Shown: positions 29,601-38,785, numbered from the stretch's first letter. The stretch is 64,000 nt of DNA from an uncultured Gammaproteobacteria bacterium (GCA_964551605.1 CAZKCV010000002.1:8500-72499); one strand, 5' to 3'. Translations and numbers: made by a program. Notes: generated from the letters alone by a model not told the origin.

Positions 29601-30392
29601 GCCCAGGAGATTGACCCGGTCTGGCATGTTAAGATGCAGGCTGCATTTCAGCGGTTTACGGATAATGGCGTGTCTAAAACTATCAACCTACCGAATTCCG
29701 CTACCAAAGATGATGTGGCCCTGGCTTACCAGATGGCCTATGACACCGGCTGTAATGGGATCACCATTTACCGGGATGGTTCCAAGTCTACGCAGGTGTT
29801 AAATGTTTCATCCAGTCTTAATAAATCTGTTGAAGATCCGGCAGCTCCGGTGGCTGAGCGGCCCATGATCCTAAGGGGCCGGACTTATAAAATTTCTACT
29901 CCGGTGGGAGAAGCTTTTATTACCGTTAACCGGGATATAGCTGACCAGCCGTTTGAGGTCTTTGTCACAGTGGGCCGGGCCGGCATGCATACTATGGCAG
30001 ATGCGGAAGCCATGGGTAGGTTGGTTTCATTATCTTTGAGATTGGCCAGGGGAGCCAAAGAAACAGATCCCAAGGCCGTAGCCTTAAAGATTGTCGGGCA
30101 GCTTCGGGGGATCGGGGGAGCCTTAAGTGTAGGGTTTGGCAAAAACCGGGTGCAGAGTTTGGCAGATGCTATTGCCAAAGTCCTGGCAGAAGATTTGGCT
30201 CTGACTCCGGAAGAACGCCAGGTAGAAGCTATTCCATTGGATTTAGCCGTAAACGGAGATCCGGCACCGCTGTCAACCAATAGTGAATTCCCGGCTACCA
30301 ATGCTGATTTGTGTCCTGAGTGCGGTTCAGCCTCCTTTGTGATGGAAGAAGGCTGTAAGAAATGTCATTCGTGTGGCTATAGTATGTGCTGA
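26655..30392 (+). CDS. nrdJ: adenosylcobalamin-dependent (class II) ribonucleotide reductase, intein-containing
   Basis: Class II RNR blocks (active-site NPC|GEQPLAPWDACNLGSINL). C-terminal Cys-rich tail (CPECGS...CKKCHSCGYSMC). 373-aa in-frame insertion at the catalytic Cys. Alternative start ATG 26784. Confidence 0.85.
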   Translation: MKKRADTTSQIISLPRTRGRRKTNGEHRTNGLDANGRSFETRFMSRYKKIPSLPAGLPVPTFSESSNKILQERYLLKGGNLEIVETISERFWHIAYDIASGDFDFNVAEKQVSDLAKKFYSMMVHQEFLPNSPTIMNAGKQNGLQYSACFVLPVGDSLPEIFDSIKYAALIHQTGGGTGFAFSRLRPAGSIVNTTGGVASGPVSFLRVFNAATESIKQGGTRRGANMGILRVDHPDILEFIRCKAELDDLNKPIYEGIAPLLPDDSAREYAKTLLLDRQIANFNVSVAATDKFMQAVDKGGDYELITPHNGEVVGKLNAREVFDEIIERAWKTGDPGLIFIDRINDSPANPVPSMETIEATNPCVTGDAWVHTNVGPRQVSDLTGRPFLARINGRDHLSGLEGFFKTGTKKVINLQTIEGYGLRLTPDHLIRKITCVGSDQVEWTKAGELKIGDYIEINNHRANSQWSGKYTYKEGYLIGLLVGDGTLKADKAVLSVWDTSKLSTAVQPSGAQSMMQFALQSTDSVPHRSDFSGWMFLPDRNEYRMALGYVKHLAHELGMYPGRKTITKEIEKASSDFYKGFLRGLFDTDGSVQGYEGGRVSIRLAQSDLPLLQAVQRMLLRLGIFSHIFQNRRKAGKKLLPDGKGGYKEYPVKAQHELSITMDNIEVFNELIGFANSEKSTKSAQKIASHSTRGFYKQKFAARIKSIEFESKEDVYDVSIPKVNYFDANGIIAHNCGEQPLAPWDACNLGSINLGKFVYADGSGVDFEKLKQATHLAVHFLDNVVQTNPFTLKQIYDEVRQNRRIGLGVMGFADMLFKLKTPYNSDEALELAEKIMQFINDEGHKKSEELAKERGAFPNWVHSIYADREASAFKNRPAAYAYQGGRKIRNSTVTTIAPTGTISIIGDCSSGIEPVFALAYIHKAKAKGDQYRILTIANQTFTDIAKREGFYSDDLAAKVLEHGSVIGVTEMPEQWQKVFVTAQEIDPVWHVKMQAAFQRFTDNGVSKTINLPNSATKDDVALAYQMAYDTGCNGITIYRDGSKSTQVLNVSSSLNKSVEDPAAPVAERPMILRGRTYKISTPVGEAFITVNRDIADQPFEVFVTVGRAGMHTMADAEAMGRLVSLSLRLARGAKETDPKAVALKIVGQLRGIGGALSVGFGKNRVQSLADAIAKVLAEDLALTPEERQVEAIPLDLAVNGDPAPLSTNSEFPATNADLCPECGSASFVMEEGCKKCHSCGYSMC
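27744..28862 (+). mobile_element. intein with LAGLIDADG homing-endonuclease domain inserted at NP|C-GEQ of nrdJ
   Basis: Begins with Cys (CVTGDAWVHT), ends with HN followed by Cys (IIAHN|CGEQ). Two LAGLIDADG-type motifs (YLIGLLVGDGT, FLRGLFDTDGS). Removing it restores the canonical NPCGEQ motif. Confidence 0.8.
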
Positions 30393-30540
30393 CATTTCTT
30401 GCGAAATCTTCGCTTGTTATTGTAATCGTTGTTACAATAACGGCTACGATGTTCTTAAGAACTTGCTCACAAGTTCGCAAGACCTTGCGACAGCAGGCTG
30501 TCTTAAAAAGTGTCATTCGTGTGGCTATTCAATGTGTTAA
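30393..30540 (+). repeat. palindrome-dense ~100-nt element followed by a recoded duplicate of the last ~14 nrdJ codons
   Basis: 30496-30540 encodes GC-L-KKCHSCGYSMC*, matching nrdJ 30351-30392 (GCKKCHSCGYSMC*) with only synonymous changes plus one extra codon. Between the copies lie nested inverted repeats (cttgcgaa/ttcgcaag; ttattgtaa/ttacaataa; gttcttaagaac). Confidence 0.6.
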
Positions 30541-30558
30541 TTTTGATACAATCAAACA

Positions 30559-30804
30559 GTGAAACAAAAGTTAATTGAGATAGTTGGATGGTATGGGGCT
30601 ATTGCCATAGTGGGAGCCTTTGCTTTATCCAGTTTTTCCCTGATTAAACCAACTGATTTGGTATACCAATTACTTAATCTTACAGGAGCAATAGGAATAG
30701 TGGCAGTTTCCTTATATAAAAGAGCTTACCAGCCAGCCGTTTTAAATATCATCTGGACACTGATAGCTTTGGTGGCTGTAGCCAAAATTTTCCTGAATAT
30801 TTAG
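30559..30804 (+). CDS. small 2-3 TM membrane protein, hypothetical
   Basis: 81 aa, hydrophobic, immediately upstream of the left 40-bp repeat. Confidence 0.3.
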   Translation: MKQKLIEIVGWYGAIAIVGAFALSSFSLIKPTDLVYQLLNLTGAIGIVAVSLYKRAYQPAVLNIIWTLIALVAVAKIFLNI

Positions 30805-30813
30805 CTTTCTATC

Positions 30814-31566
30814 CCGAGGTGTCAATACACTTCCACCCCCGAGGTGGAAGCACGAATTAATCTTCGCTATCCAATAGTTGGTGTTTAATTACCTCCAACT
30901 TTTGTGCATAGTCAATTTGGTCATCAACGAACTTTTTGTAATCCATTACAGATTGAAAGAAATTGAGAATTTCTTTCTTTGTGCACATCCCTTTGCCATT
31001 AAGGTATTCATTATAAGACGACCATTCGTAATCTTCTGGCTTCTTAACTAGAAATGACGAGACAGGGTTTAAATGGATATACCGAGAGACATGGATTAAT
31101 TGTTCATCCGATTCTATTAGAACCGCTTTAAATTGTCCTTGCAATAGAGGTCCGACTCTGTCGAACTTAACATTATAGTATTTAGTATAACTATTGGTCA
31201 GTTTGCCGATGAATTCACTTACACCATTTTCTTTTAATTGTTTAATGAGAAAATGGAAATGATTAGGCATTAGGCAATAACAGATAATTTCAACAATCTT
31301 TTTATCAGGATCTGGCTCAAATAATTTGTATTTGATAAAGTTAGAAAACTTTGGTTTAGGTCCTTCTAATTGATAATAACCGATTGCCTGTAAAAACCTT
31401 GTGTAGGTTCTTCTATTTTCAAAAATCCGTCTTTTTTCCACTCCACGGTTGTATACGTGATAAAACTGACCATTAATTAGCGGAGTAATTCTATTTGGCA
31501 TATGAGATCAGAATAACTAAAAATTACCGAGGTGTCAATACACTTCCACCCCCGAGGTGGAAGCAC
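30814..31566 (-). mobile_element. RAYT/IS200-like element: Y1 HUH transposase gene bracketed by identical 40-bp hairpin-containing direct repeats
   Basis: Repeats at 30814-30853 and 31527-31566 (ccgaggtgtcaatacacttccacccccgaggtggaagcac), each with an internal hairpin cttccacc/ggtggaag. They flank ORF 30857..31501. Confidence 0.65.
30857..31501 (-). CDS. REP-associated tyrosine transposase (RAYT) / IS200-family Y1 HUH transposase
   Basis: Signature LMPNHFHFLI (HUH motif) and catalytic Tyr in YIHLNPV (the NPV variant typical of RAYTs). 214 aa. Confidence 0.7.
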   Translation of the reverse strand: MPNRITPLINGQFYHVYNRGVEKRRIFENRRTYTRFLQAIGYYQLEGPKPKFSNFIKYKLFEPDPDKKIVEIICYCLMPNHFHFLIKQLKENGVSEFIGKLTNSYTKYYNVKFDRVGPLLQGQFKAVLIESDEQLIHVSRYIHLNPVSSFLVKKPEDYEWSSYNEYLNGKGMCTKKEILNFFQSVMDYKKFVDDQIDYAQKLEVIKHQLLDSED

Positions 31567-31597
31567 AAATTGAAGAGTTCTTTGTTAGAATAAGCTC

Positions 31598-32131
31598 ATG
31601 AATCAGGAAAAGGGATTGGTGATTTTATATACCGGGGAGGGGAAGGGAAAAACGACGGCCGCTTTAGGATTGGTCCTGCGGGCAGTAGGATACAAAAGGA
31701 AATGCCTGATAATCCAGTTTGGCAAAATGTGGTTTACAGGAGAAGTTGCCGGAGTTAAAAAGCTTTCTCCTTTAGTCAAATTCATCCAAGGCGGCAAAGG
31801 ATTTGTTAAGATTTTAGGTGATAAACTGCCTCTAAAAGAGCACAAAAAAGCAGCATTGGATACGTTTAATTTATTAGAAAAAGAAGTGAAATCCGGCAAA
31901 TGGGATGTGGTGGTAGGAGATGAGATTGTGGGGGCTGTTTCCTCAGGACTATTATCTCTTACAAAGGTATTACGTCTTATTCATAATAAACCTACGGAGT
32001 TAGATTTAGTATTAACAGGCCATCATGCCTCTAAAAAATTAATGGAGATGGCAGATATAGTGACTGAGATGCGGGAGGTTAAACACCCTTATAAACAAGG
32101 CATTTTGGCAAAAAGGGGTCTTGACTTTTAG
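31598..32131 (+). CDS. cobO: ATP:cob(I)alamin adenosyltransferase (CobA/CobO/BtuR family)
   Basis: KGLVILYTGEGKGKTTAALG P-loop and conserved C-terminal DLVLTGHHA...VTEM...KHPY region typical of CobO/BtuR. Confidence 0.75.
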   Translation: MNQEKGLVILYTGEGKGKTTAALGLVLRAVGYKRKCLIIQFGKMWFTGEVAGVKKLSPLVKFIQGGKGFVKILGDKLPLKEHKKAALDTFNLLEKEVKSGKWDVVVGDEIVGAVSSGLLSLTKVLRLIHNKPTELDLVLTGHHASKKLMEMADIVTEMREVKHPYKQGILAKRGLDF

Positions 32132-32163
32132 CACTCAAAGTGCTATTCTGCTAATAATAAATT

Positions 32164-34584
32164 ATGGCTGATTTCATTAAACCAACTACAGAACCTCTTA
32201 AACTTAAGCCAACCATGCCTGTGGGACCACTGCGTGATACGGTGATTTTTCCCGGTAATTCCGTTCCCATTATTTCCGGTAGGCCAAAATCTAAAGCAGC
32301 ACTTGATGTAGCCTGGAATTCCGATAAATTAATCGTTTTTGTCACCCAAAAAAACTCCCGGATTGAAGATCCTACAGAGAAAGATCTTTATAAAGTAGGC
32401 ACTGTTTGTTTGATCAGAAGGGTGGTTAAAAACCCGGAAGGTGAATACACTTTGCAGGCTGAGGGTTTGAGTAGGGTTTTTTTGAAGAGCTTTACTAAGA
32501 TTGATCCATACATAGAGGCAGAAATAGAAGAAATTCCGGAACTTTATGAGAAAAGTGAACAGACAGAGGCTTTAATCCGGACTGTCCGGGAACAAGTCAA
32601 GCGTTACCTGGAACTCGGCGGCAACCCGTTTTTTGACCAGAGCACCTTTGCTAACTGGTCTTTATTTACCTACAGTGATGACCCGAACCAACTGGTTAAT
32701 TCCATCACCCAGGCGATTGATTTTAAGACCATAGATAAGCAGCAAATTTTAGAGATGGTTTCTGCGGCTGAGCGGTTGCAACGGCTTTCCGAACTGCTGG
32801 CCAAAGAGATCAGGATTTTGGAAATTTCCCAAAAAATCTCTTCCCAAACCCAGGAGCGGGTTTCCAAAATGACCAAGGAAGCAATTTTGCGGGAGCAGAT
32901 GAAAAGCATTGAAGAAGAGCTGGGAGGCGCAGATACCGAACACCAGGAGATTAAGGAATTTGAACTGAAAATTAAAAATGCCGGCATGCCCAAGGAGGTT
33001 TTGGAGCGGGCAAAGAAAGAGTTGGGTAGGCTTGCCAAAATGTCCTCTTACAACCCGGAAGCAGGTTACATCAGGAATTACTTGGAATGGTTAACGGATT
33101 TGCCTTGGAAATCGGCAAAAAGAGGTAAAGTTGATTTGAAAAAAGCGGAGGGAATTTTAGAGGAGGACCACTACGGGCTTAAAAAAGTTAAAGAAAGGGT
33201 TATAGAATACCTGGCTGTTTATAAGCTGGCCGGCAAGATGAGAGGGCCTATCCTTTGTTTTGTAGGGCCACCGGGTACGGGAAAAACTTCAATAGGGAAA
33301 TCTATTGCCAGGGCCCTAAACCGCAAATTTGTCAAAGTGTCGTTAGGCGGTATCCGTGATGAGGCAGAAATCAGAGGCCACAGGCGGACTTATGTCGGAT
33401 CCATGCCCGGCAGAATAATTCAGGGAATAAAGCAGGCAGGCGCCACTAATCCAGTTTTTATGCTGGATGAGATTGATAAAATTGGAGCCGATTATCGAGG
33501 TGATCCTTCGGCAGCGCTTCTGGAAGCACTAGATCCTGAACAAAACGAAGGGTTTTCCGACCATTATTTGGAGGTCTCCTACGATCTTTCCAATGTCATG
33601 TTTATTACCACTGCCAATATTTTGGATACCATTCCTTCGGCTCTGCGGGACAGACTTGAGGTGATCAGGTATCCGGGTTATACAGAAGATGAGAAATTCC
33701 ATATTGCCAAGCAGTTTCTTATCCCTAAGCAGGTTGAAAACCACGGTCTGACTAAAAATCAAATTGAGTTTGAGGATCAGGCGGTCTACTCGATTATCAG
33801 GGAGTATACCAGGGAAGCCGGAGTCAGGAGTTTGGAAAGGGAGGTTTCAGCAGTGCTTAGAAAAGTAGCCCGCAAGATTGCTGAGGGTAATGGAGAAGTG
33901 AAGAAATTTGTAATTACCCCGGCAGATGTCCACAAATTCCTGGGTCCTATTAAGTTTTTGCCAATCTTGGCTGAAAAACAGGACGAAATTGGCATGGTGA
34001 CCGGCCTGTCCGTGACTGAGGCAGGCGGGGAAGTTTTGTTTATCGAGGTAACTTTAATGCCCGGAAAAGGCAATTTACTTTTGACAGGGCAACTGGGAGA
34101 TGTGATGAAAGAATCAGGCCAGGCTGCGATGTCTTATGTCCGGTCACACTGGGCGGATTTAGGGTTACCGGAGCACTTTTTTCAAAAAGTTGATGTCCAT
34201 GTGCATGTGCCGGAAGGTGCTATCCCGAAAGATGGCCCGTCTGCAGGTATCTCTTTAACCACTGCCATAGTTTCGGCTTTCACTAAGATACCGGTCCGTA
34301 AAGAGGTGGCGATGACCGGTGAAGTGACGCTCCGGGGAAGGGTTTTAGAAATCGGCGGATTTAAGGAAAAGATTTTGGCAGCCCACCGGGCCGGAGTGAA
34401 AACCATTATTGCCCCGGCTGATAACGAAAAAGACCTGGAAGATATTCCGGATTTTGTCCAAAAAGACTTAAAGTTTGTTTTCGCCAAACACATGGATGAT
34501 GTATTAAAGTTAGCTTTAATCCGGTCTCCCCAACAAGTCTCCCGCAAAAGAATCCCGGTTTCTCCTCCGGTATATATAGCTTAA
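32164..34584 (+). CDS. lon: ATP-dependent protease Lon (LonA)
   Basis: LON N-domain, AAA+ (GPPGTGKTS), proteolytic domain (PKDGPSAGI). 806 aa. Confidence 0.9.
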   Translation: MADFIKPTTEPLKLKPTMPVGPLRDTVIFPGNSVPIISGRPKSKAALDVAWNSDKLIVFVTQKNSRIEDPTEKDLYKVGTVCLIRRVVKNPEGEYTLQAEGLSRVFLKSFTKIDPYIEAEIEEIPELYEKSEQTEALIRTVREQVKRYLELGGNPFFDQSTFANWSLFTYSDDPNQLVNSITQAIDFKTIDKQQILEMVSAAERLQRLSELLAKEIRILEISQKISSQTQERVSKMTKEAILREQMKSIEEELGGADTEHQEIKEFELKIKNAGMPKEVLERAKKELGRLAKMSSYNPEAGYIRNYLEWLTDLPWKSAKRGKVDLKKAEGILEEDHYGLKKVKERVIEYLAVYKLAGKMRGPILCFVGPPGTGKTSIGKSIARALNRKFVKVSLGGIRDEAEIRGHRRTYVGSMPGRIIQGIKQAGATNPVFMLDEIDKIGADYRGDPSAALLEALDPEQNEGFSDHYLEVSYDLSNVMFITTANILDTIPSALRDRLEVIRYPGYTEDEKFHIAKQFLIPKQVENHGLTKNQIEFEDQAVYSIIREYTREAGVRSLEREVSAVLRKVARKIAEGNGEVKKFVITPADVHKFLGPIKFLPILAEKQDEIGMVTGLSVTEAGGEVLFIEVTLMPGKGNLLLTGQLGDVMKESGQAAMSYVRSHWADLGLPEHFFQKVDVHVHVPEGAIPKDGPSAGISLTTAIVSAFTKIPVRKEVAMTGEVTLRGRVLEIGGFKEKILAAHRAGVKTIIAPADNEKDLEDIPDFVQKDLKFVFAKHMDDVLKLALIRSPQQVSRKRIPVSPPVYIA

Positions 34585-34648
34585 ACTTCCTGCTTGACTA
34601 AATAGGGGATGATTGTGTAAATTTTAGTAACTGCTCCAATAAATTTTC

Positions 34649-36655
34649 ATGGATTTTGTCGTAAATAATACCAATTTAATTATCTGGGTTGCTGTGGCAG
34701 CTGCACTTTTATATGGCGGTTGGCTGATTGTAGATATATTAAAAAAAGATTCCGGTGATGAAAAAATGAAAGAGATTGCCGGGGCTATTCAAGTGGGAGC
34801 TGCTGCTTATTTGCAAAGGCAATATAAAGTAGTAGCCTTGGTTGCCATTGCCGTAGCTGTGTTAATTTACTTTACCCTGGGGCAAAATACAGCAGTTGGA
34901 TTTTTGATCGGAGCCACGCTTTCAGCCATGGCTGGTTTTATTGGTATGAGTGTAGCTGTCCGGGCCAATGTCCGGGTGGCACAGGAAGCTAAAAACGGTT
35001 TATCCCCGGCTTTTATCTTAGCTTATAAAGGCGGGGCAGTGACCGGATTTTTGGTGGTAGGTTTGGCCCTGGCTGCAGTTTATGGGTTTTATCAATACAC
35101 AGGAGGAGACTTAAAATCTTTAATTGGGTTGGGTTTTGGCGGCTCCCTTATTTCCGTCTTTGCCCGTCTGGGCGGGGGAATTTTTACCAAAGGTGCAGAT
35201 GTCGGAGCTGATTTAGTGGGAAAAATTGAAGCCGGGATTCCGGAAGATGACCCGAGGAACCCAGCTGTGATTGCCGATAATGTGGGAGATAATGTGGGTG
35301 ATGATGCCGGCATGGCAGCAGATATCTTTGAAACCTATATTGTGACTGCTATTGCGGCTATGATCTTAGGGCAACTCCTTTTCCCGGGATTTGACGGCGC
35401 CATTATCTTTCCGGTATTAGTTTTAGCCATGGGAGTTTTCGCTTCGGTATTGGGTTCTTTATTTGTCAGATTAGCAGGTAAAAATATTATGGGAGCGCTC
35501 TACAAAGGTATGATTGCGACCGCTATTTTATGTGTAATTTTATTCTATCCTGTTACTTCCGCTTTAATGGGTGATAATGGTGCAGTTTCAGTATTAAATC
35601 TTTATCTGGCAGCACTCATCGGAGTGGTGGTCACTGCCGGGATGGTGATAATTACTGAATACTATACCGGTACCCAATATTCCCCGGTGCAAAATCTAGG
35701 TCTGGCTTCAAAAACCGGTCATGCCACTAATATCATTGCCGGACTGGCGCTGTCTATGCGTTCTACCTTTTGGCCAATCATTTTAATCTCTGCTGCAGTG
35801 ATAGTCAGTTTTCTTTTGGCAGGATTATATGGAATTGCTTTGGCCGGTGTAACTATGCTTTCTTTGGCCGGTATTGTGGTAGCTATTGATGCTTTTGGCC
35901 CGATTACTGATAATGCCGGGGGAATTGCGGAGATGGCTAACATGCCTTCAAAAGTCCGTGGGGTAACAGATCCTTTGGATGCAGTAGGAAATACCACAAA
36001 GGCAGTGACTAAGGGCTATGCTATTGGTTCAGCAGCTTTGGCAGCCATGGTGCTTTTTACAGCTTTTGCCCAGGAATTTTCTTCCATCGGTTCAGATCTG
36101 CAGTTTTCTTTGTCTGATCCAAAAGTTTTGGTAGGTCTTTTTATAGGTGGTGCCCTCCCCTATCTTTTTGCTTCATTTGCTATGGAGGCAGTGGGGAAGG
36201 CCGGCGGGGCAGTGGTGGAAGAGGTCAGAAGGCAGTTTAGAACTATTAAAGGTATTATGGAAGGTAAAGCCAAACCGGATTATGCCAAATGTGTGGATAT
36301 TGTGACTGCTTCTGCCCAAAAACAGATGCTAGTTCCGGCTTTGATCCCGGTTTTAGCACCGGTTATTGTCGGATTTACCTTAGGCCCGGTTGCCCTTGGT
36401 GGGATGTTGGTGGGTTCAATTGTGACCGGGATATTTGTGGCAGTTTCCATGACCACCGGAGGAGCTGCTTGGGATAATGCTAAAAAGTATATTGAGTCAG
36501 GTAAGTTTGGCGGTAAGGGTTCTGAAGCCCACAAAGCCGCAGTCACAGGAGATACAGTCGGTGATCCTTACAAAGACACTGCCGGTCCGGCAATCAATCC
36601 TATGATTAAAGTTGTAAATATTGTGGCTTTGTTATTAGTGCCTTTTCTTAGGTAA
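34649..36655 (+). CDS. hppA: membrane-bound proton-translocating pyrophosphatase (H+-PPase)
   Basis: 668 aa polytopic protein. Signature GGG(I/A)[34 protein letters not shown]. Confidence 0.9.
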   Translation: MDFVVNNTNLIIWVAVAAALLYGGWLIVDILKKDSGDEKMKEIAGAIQVGAAAYLQRQYKVVALVAIAVAVLIYFTLGQNTAVGFLIGATLSAMAGFIGMSVAVRANVRVAQEAKNGLSPAFILAYKGGAVTGFLVVGLALAAVYGFYQYTGGDLKSLIGLGFGGSLISVFARLGGGIFTKGADVGADLVGKIEAGIPEDDPRNPAVIADNVGDNVGDDAGMAADIFETYIVTAIAAMILGQLLFPGFDGAIIFPVLVLAMGVFASVLGSLFVRLAGKNIMGALYKGMIATAILCVILFYPVTSALMGDNGAVSVLNLYLAALIGVVVTAGMVIITEYYTGTQYSPVQNLGLASKTGHATNIIAGLALSMRSTFWPIILISAAVIVSFLLAGLYGIALAGVTMLSLAGIVVAIDAFGPITDNAGGIAEMANMPSKVRGVTDPLDAVGNTTKAVTKGYAIGSAALAAMVLFTAFAQEFSSIGSDLQFSLSDPKVLVGLFIGGALPYLFASFAMEAVGKAGGAVVEEVRRQFRTIKGIMEGKAKPDYAKCVDIVTASAQKQMLVPALIPVLAPVIVGFTLGPVALGGMLVGSIVTGIFVAVSMTTGGAAWDNAKKYIESGKFGGKGSEAHKAAVTGDTVGDPYKDTAGPAINPMIKVVNIVALLLVPFLR

Positions 36656-36708
36656 ATTATAATCCTATAGTTGACAAATTGTTAATATTGTGGTAATATC
36701 TCCTCCTA

Positions 36709-37419
36709 ATGAAATCAAGAGAGACTATTATAAATGCCGGATTAGCATTGGCTTTATTTGGTGCTGCATTAACCAGTGGATGTGCCTCTAGTGATGGTAA
36801 AGAGGGTAAAGTAATACCTACTTCTGTCAAACCCGCTGCCGGAGCTACCCCAACTCCAGGTCCTATCTTACTTATCTATAGAAGTTCAGCTCCTGAGGAT
36901 CAACTAGATGAGTTTGATGCAAAAGTTGCATTAGAGCAAGGTTTAAAACCTAGCTTCTTAACAGCAGAGAATTTAGGGGGAAGTTTACAATTAGAACTTA
37001 TACCGAATTCAGAAGATTTATCTAGAGTGGGTAACAGATTCAAACGATGGCAAGTGGTCAATAATCACGGTTCAAAGTTGGAGGCTGTAATTGAGGCGGC
37101 CTATGGAACTGGGGGTCTTCAGACAGCCAAGGTTACAGGTCAAGTTAAAGGCGTTTTTTCTAGCGAACAACCCTTTGTTTATGTTAAAACAGGAGAAGCC
37201 AATAAAGTAGTATCAGAAATAGAGGAAAAAGGGGTTTTTAATTTGGGTGGAGGAAATATTACTGTAATTGAATTTCCTGGGCGCAGTCTTCCAGGTTCAG
37301 ATGAGACTGTAGAATTGATTATGGCAATTAGGAGAGTAGGAAAAACTATGGATGGACGATCAACAGAACTTACAGTTTCTCCTAATGGAAAATTTGAATA
37401 TTCAATATTACCTAAATAA
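36709..37419 (+). CDS. putative lipoprotein, hypothetical
   Basis: Signal peptide with lipobox-like LTSGC. Preceded by a TTGACA-17-TAATAT promoter at 36672-36700. Confidence 0.45.
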   Translation: MKSRETIINAGLALALFGAALTSGCASSDGKEGKVIPTSVKPAAGATPTPGPILLIYRSSAPEDQLDEFDAKVALEQGLKPSFLTAENLGGSLQLELIPNSEDLSRVGNRFKRWQVVNNHGSKLEAVIEAAYGTGGLQTAKVTGQVKGVFSSEQPFVYVKTGEANKVVSEIEEKGVFNLGGGNITVIEFPGRSLPGSDETVELIMAIRRVGKTMDGRSTELTVSPNGKFEYSILPK

Positions 37420-37460
37420 TAGTACCTCCCCTTGAGTAAAGACTTTGTAATTTAGCTTTC

Positions 37461-37480
37461 CACACCCGGTGTGTGTATTC
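37461..37480 (+). terminator. hairpin (cacacc-c-ggtgtg) followed by A/T-rich tract downstream of the lipoprotein gene
   Basis: Perfect 6-bp stem palindrome ccacacccggtgtgtg, then tattcaaaatt. Confidence 0.35.
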
Positions 37481-37689
37481 AAAATTATTATTAATTTAAA
37501 CCTCCAATCCGGGATTGTAGGTTCGAAGTTTCACTCATCAACATCAATCATTGTATGCTTGATTAGTTCCAGTTTTGCTCCATAATCTGCCTGATCAAGG
37601 ACAAATTTTTCATAATCTGCTGTCTCAATTCTAAAAGCTTTAACAGCTTTTGGAAAAACTAGTAGATATTGACACAAGAGAACTTAATC

Positions 37690-37715
37690 TATACACTGAT
37701 ACGTATGGGTGTATA
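37690..37715. promoter_or_regulatory. 26-bp palindrome TATACAC-TGATACGTATGG-GTGTATA immediately upstream of the YerC-like gene start
   Basis: Perfect outer arms tatacac/gtgtata and palindromic core atacgtat. Ends 1 nt before the ATG at 37717. A near-identical copy lies at 38263-38289. Confidence 0.55.
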
Positions 37716-37716
37716 A

Positions 37717-38259
37717 ATGGGTAAGTTTAATTATTTTTCTTATAAAGAAAAGAGATTGGAAAAATTCTCCCAAAAAGAACAAGAAGATTTGGTATTTGAT
37801 CTTATAAATGCATTTGCTCTGGCTAACAATCCATTCGATTCTGCGCTTTTGCTGCAGGATTTGTTAACTGAAGATGAAATAAAGGACCTTGCCAAAAGAC
37901 TACGTATTGCTAAGCTTCTTATTGCAGGAAGCACACATGAGCAAATAGTAGAAGAGCTTCATTGTAGTTTTGCAACAGTCACAAAAGTTAGGATTTGGTT
38001 AGACAATGCCGGTGATGGTTTTAAAAAGATTATCAAGAAACTGCCGCCGAGAAGAGAAAGATTCGTACCTAAAAAAATACCAGGTGTGGGCTATGGTTTG
38101 CTGAATATACTGTCTTACTATGTTTCTACTAGTTTAAAAGAAAAAGAGAAGAAAAGATTAGCGAATTTTTTGGGCAGTGTGAAGGTTAAGACTTCTGTAG
38201 ATAAAGATTTAAAAGAAGAGGTAAGTACAGGATTTAGAAGTTTGAAGAGTAGGAGATAA
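37717..38259 (+). CDS. YerC/YecD (TrpR-like) helix-turn-helix DNA-binding protein with Lys-rich C-terminal extension
   Basis: Residues 20-95 resemble the YerC/TrpR fold (DLxxAFxxxNNPFDSALLLQDLLTEDEIKDLAKRLRIAKLLIAGSTHEQIVEELHCSFATVTKV). Confidence 0.55.
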   Translation: MGKFNYFSYKEKRLEKFSQKEQEDLVFDLINAFALANNPFDSALLLQDLLTEDEIKDLAKRLRIAKLLIAGSTHEQIVEELHCSFATVTKVRIWLDNAGDGFKKIIKKLPPRRERFVPKKIPGVGYGLLNILSYYVSTSLKEKEKKRLANFLGSVKVKTSVDKDLKEEVSTGFRSLKSRR

Positions 38260-38262
38260 TTA

Positions 38263-38289
38263 AAGTTTACGATATACACTCATACGTAT
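38263..38289. promoter_or_regulatory. second copy of the TATACAC...ATACGTAT...TGTATA palindrome, downstream of the YerC-like gene
   Basis: atatacactcatacgtatggatgtatag, 22/26 identical to the upstream copy. Confidence 0.5.
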
Positions 38290-38341
38290 GGATGTATAGT
38301 AACAATACACTAATTGGTTTTATCAAGCTCTCATCGGCATA

Positions 38342-38761
38342 TTATTGGGTAGAAGTTGGAGTCGGGGGAGGGGGAGGTTGGCCACCGAAAAGAGCATTTT
38401 TGACTTCATTAACTACCTGGTCCGGAGTATAGGAGGCTTTTATTAAATAAGCCTGTGCCCCCAATTCAAACCCTTCCTTAATTACTGCCTCCTGTCCTAA
38501 ATTAGTTAATAAAATGGTAATCATGGGGGAATTTGGATTGTGGGTCTTAAATTCCCTTAAAAGCTGCAGGCCATTAATCCCCGGCAGCATGATATCCAAA
38601 AGCAGCAGGTCAAAAGCTTCTGCTTTTAACATATCTAAGCCGGTTTGTCCGTCCGGAGCGCTTTTTACAAAAAACCCGGCTTTGGTTAGCTGTCTGGTAT
38701 ATAGTTCTCTGATGAAATCTTCATCCTCTACCAGTAAAATTCTTTTTGAAGCCGGATCCAT
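38342..38761 (-). CDS. stand-alone response-regulator receiver (CheY-like) with Pro-rich C-terminal tail
   Basis: ILLVEDEDFIRELY, phospho-acceptor LLLLDIMLPGING, K in ILLTNL, tail GGQPPPPPTPTSTQ. No output domain. Confidence 0.8.
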   Translation of the reverse strand: MDPASKRILLVEDEDFIRELYTRQLTKAGFFVKSAPDGQTGLDMLKAEAFDLLLLDIMLPGINGLQLLREFKTHNPNSPMITILLTNLGQEAVIKEGFELGAQAYLIKASYTPDQVVNEVKNALFGGQPPPPPTPTSTQ

Positions 38762-38785
38762 ACTAAACTATTTTATATGATTAAC

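Noticed and set aside
30814-31566. Two identical 40-bp repeats, considered as a minimal CRISPR array
   Set aside because: There are only two copies, separated by 673 bp that encode a Y1 transposase. No cas genes are present. The geometry is that of a transposon-flanking repeat, not repeat-spacer units.
37500-37545. GGTTCGAAG motif resembling a tRNA T-loop (possible tRNA fragment or att site)
   Set aside because: Flanking sequence cannot form a T-stem or acceptor stem (gtagg versus tttca are not complementary). No cloverleaf is possible on either strand.
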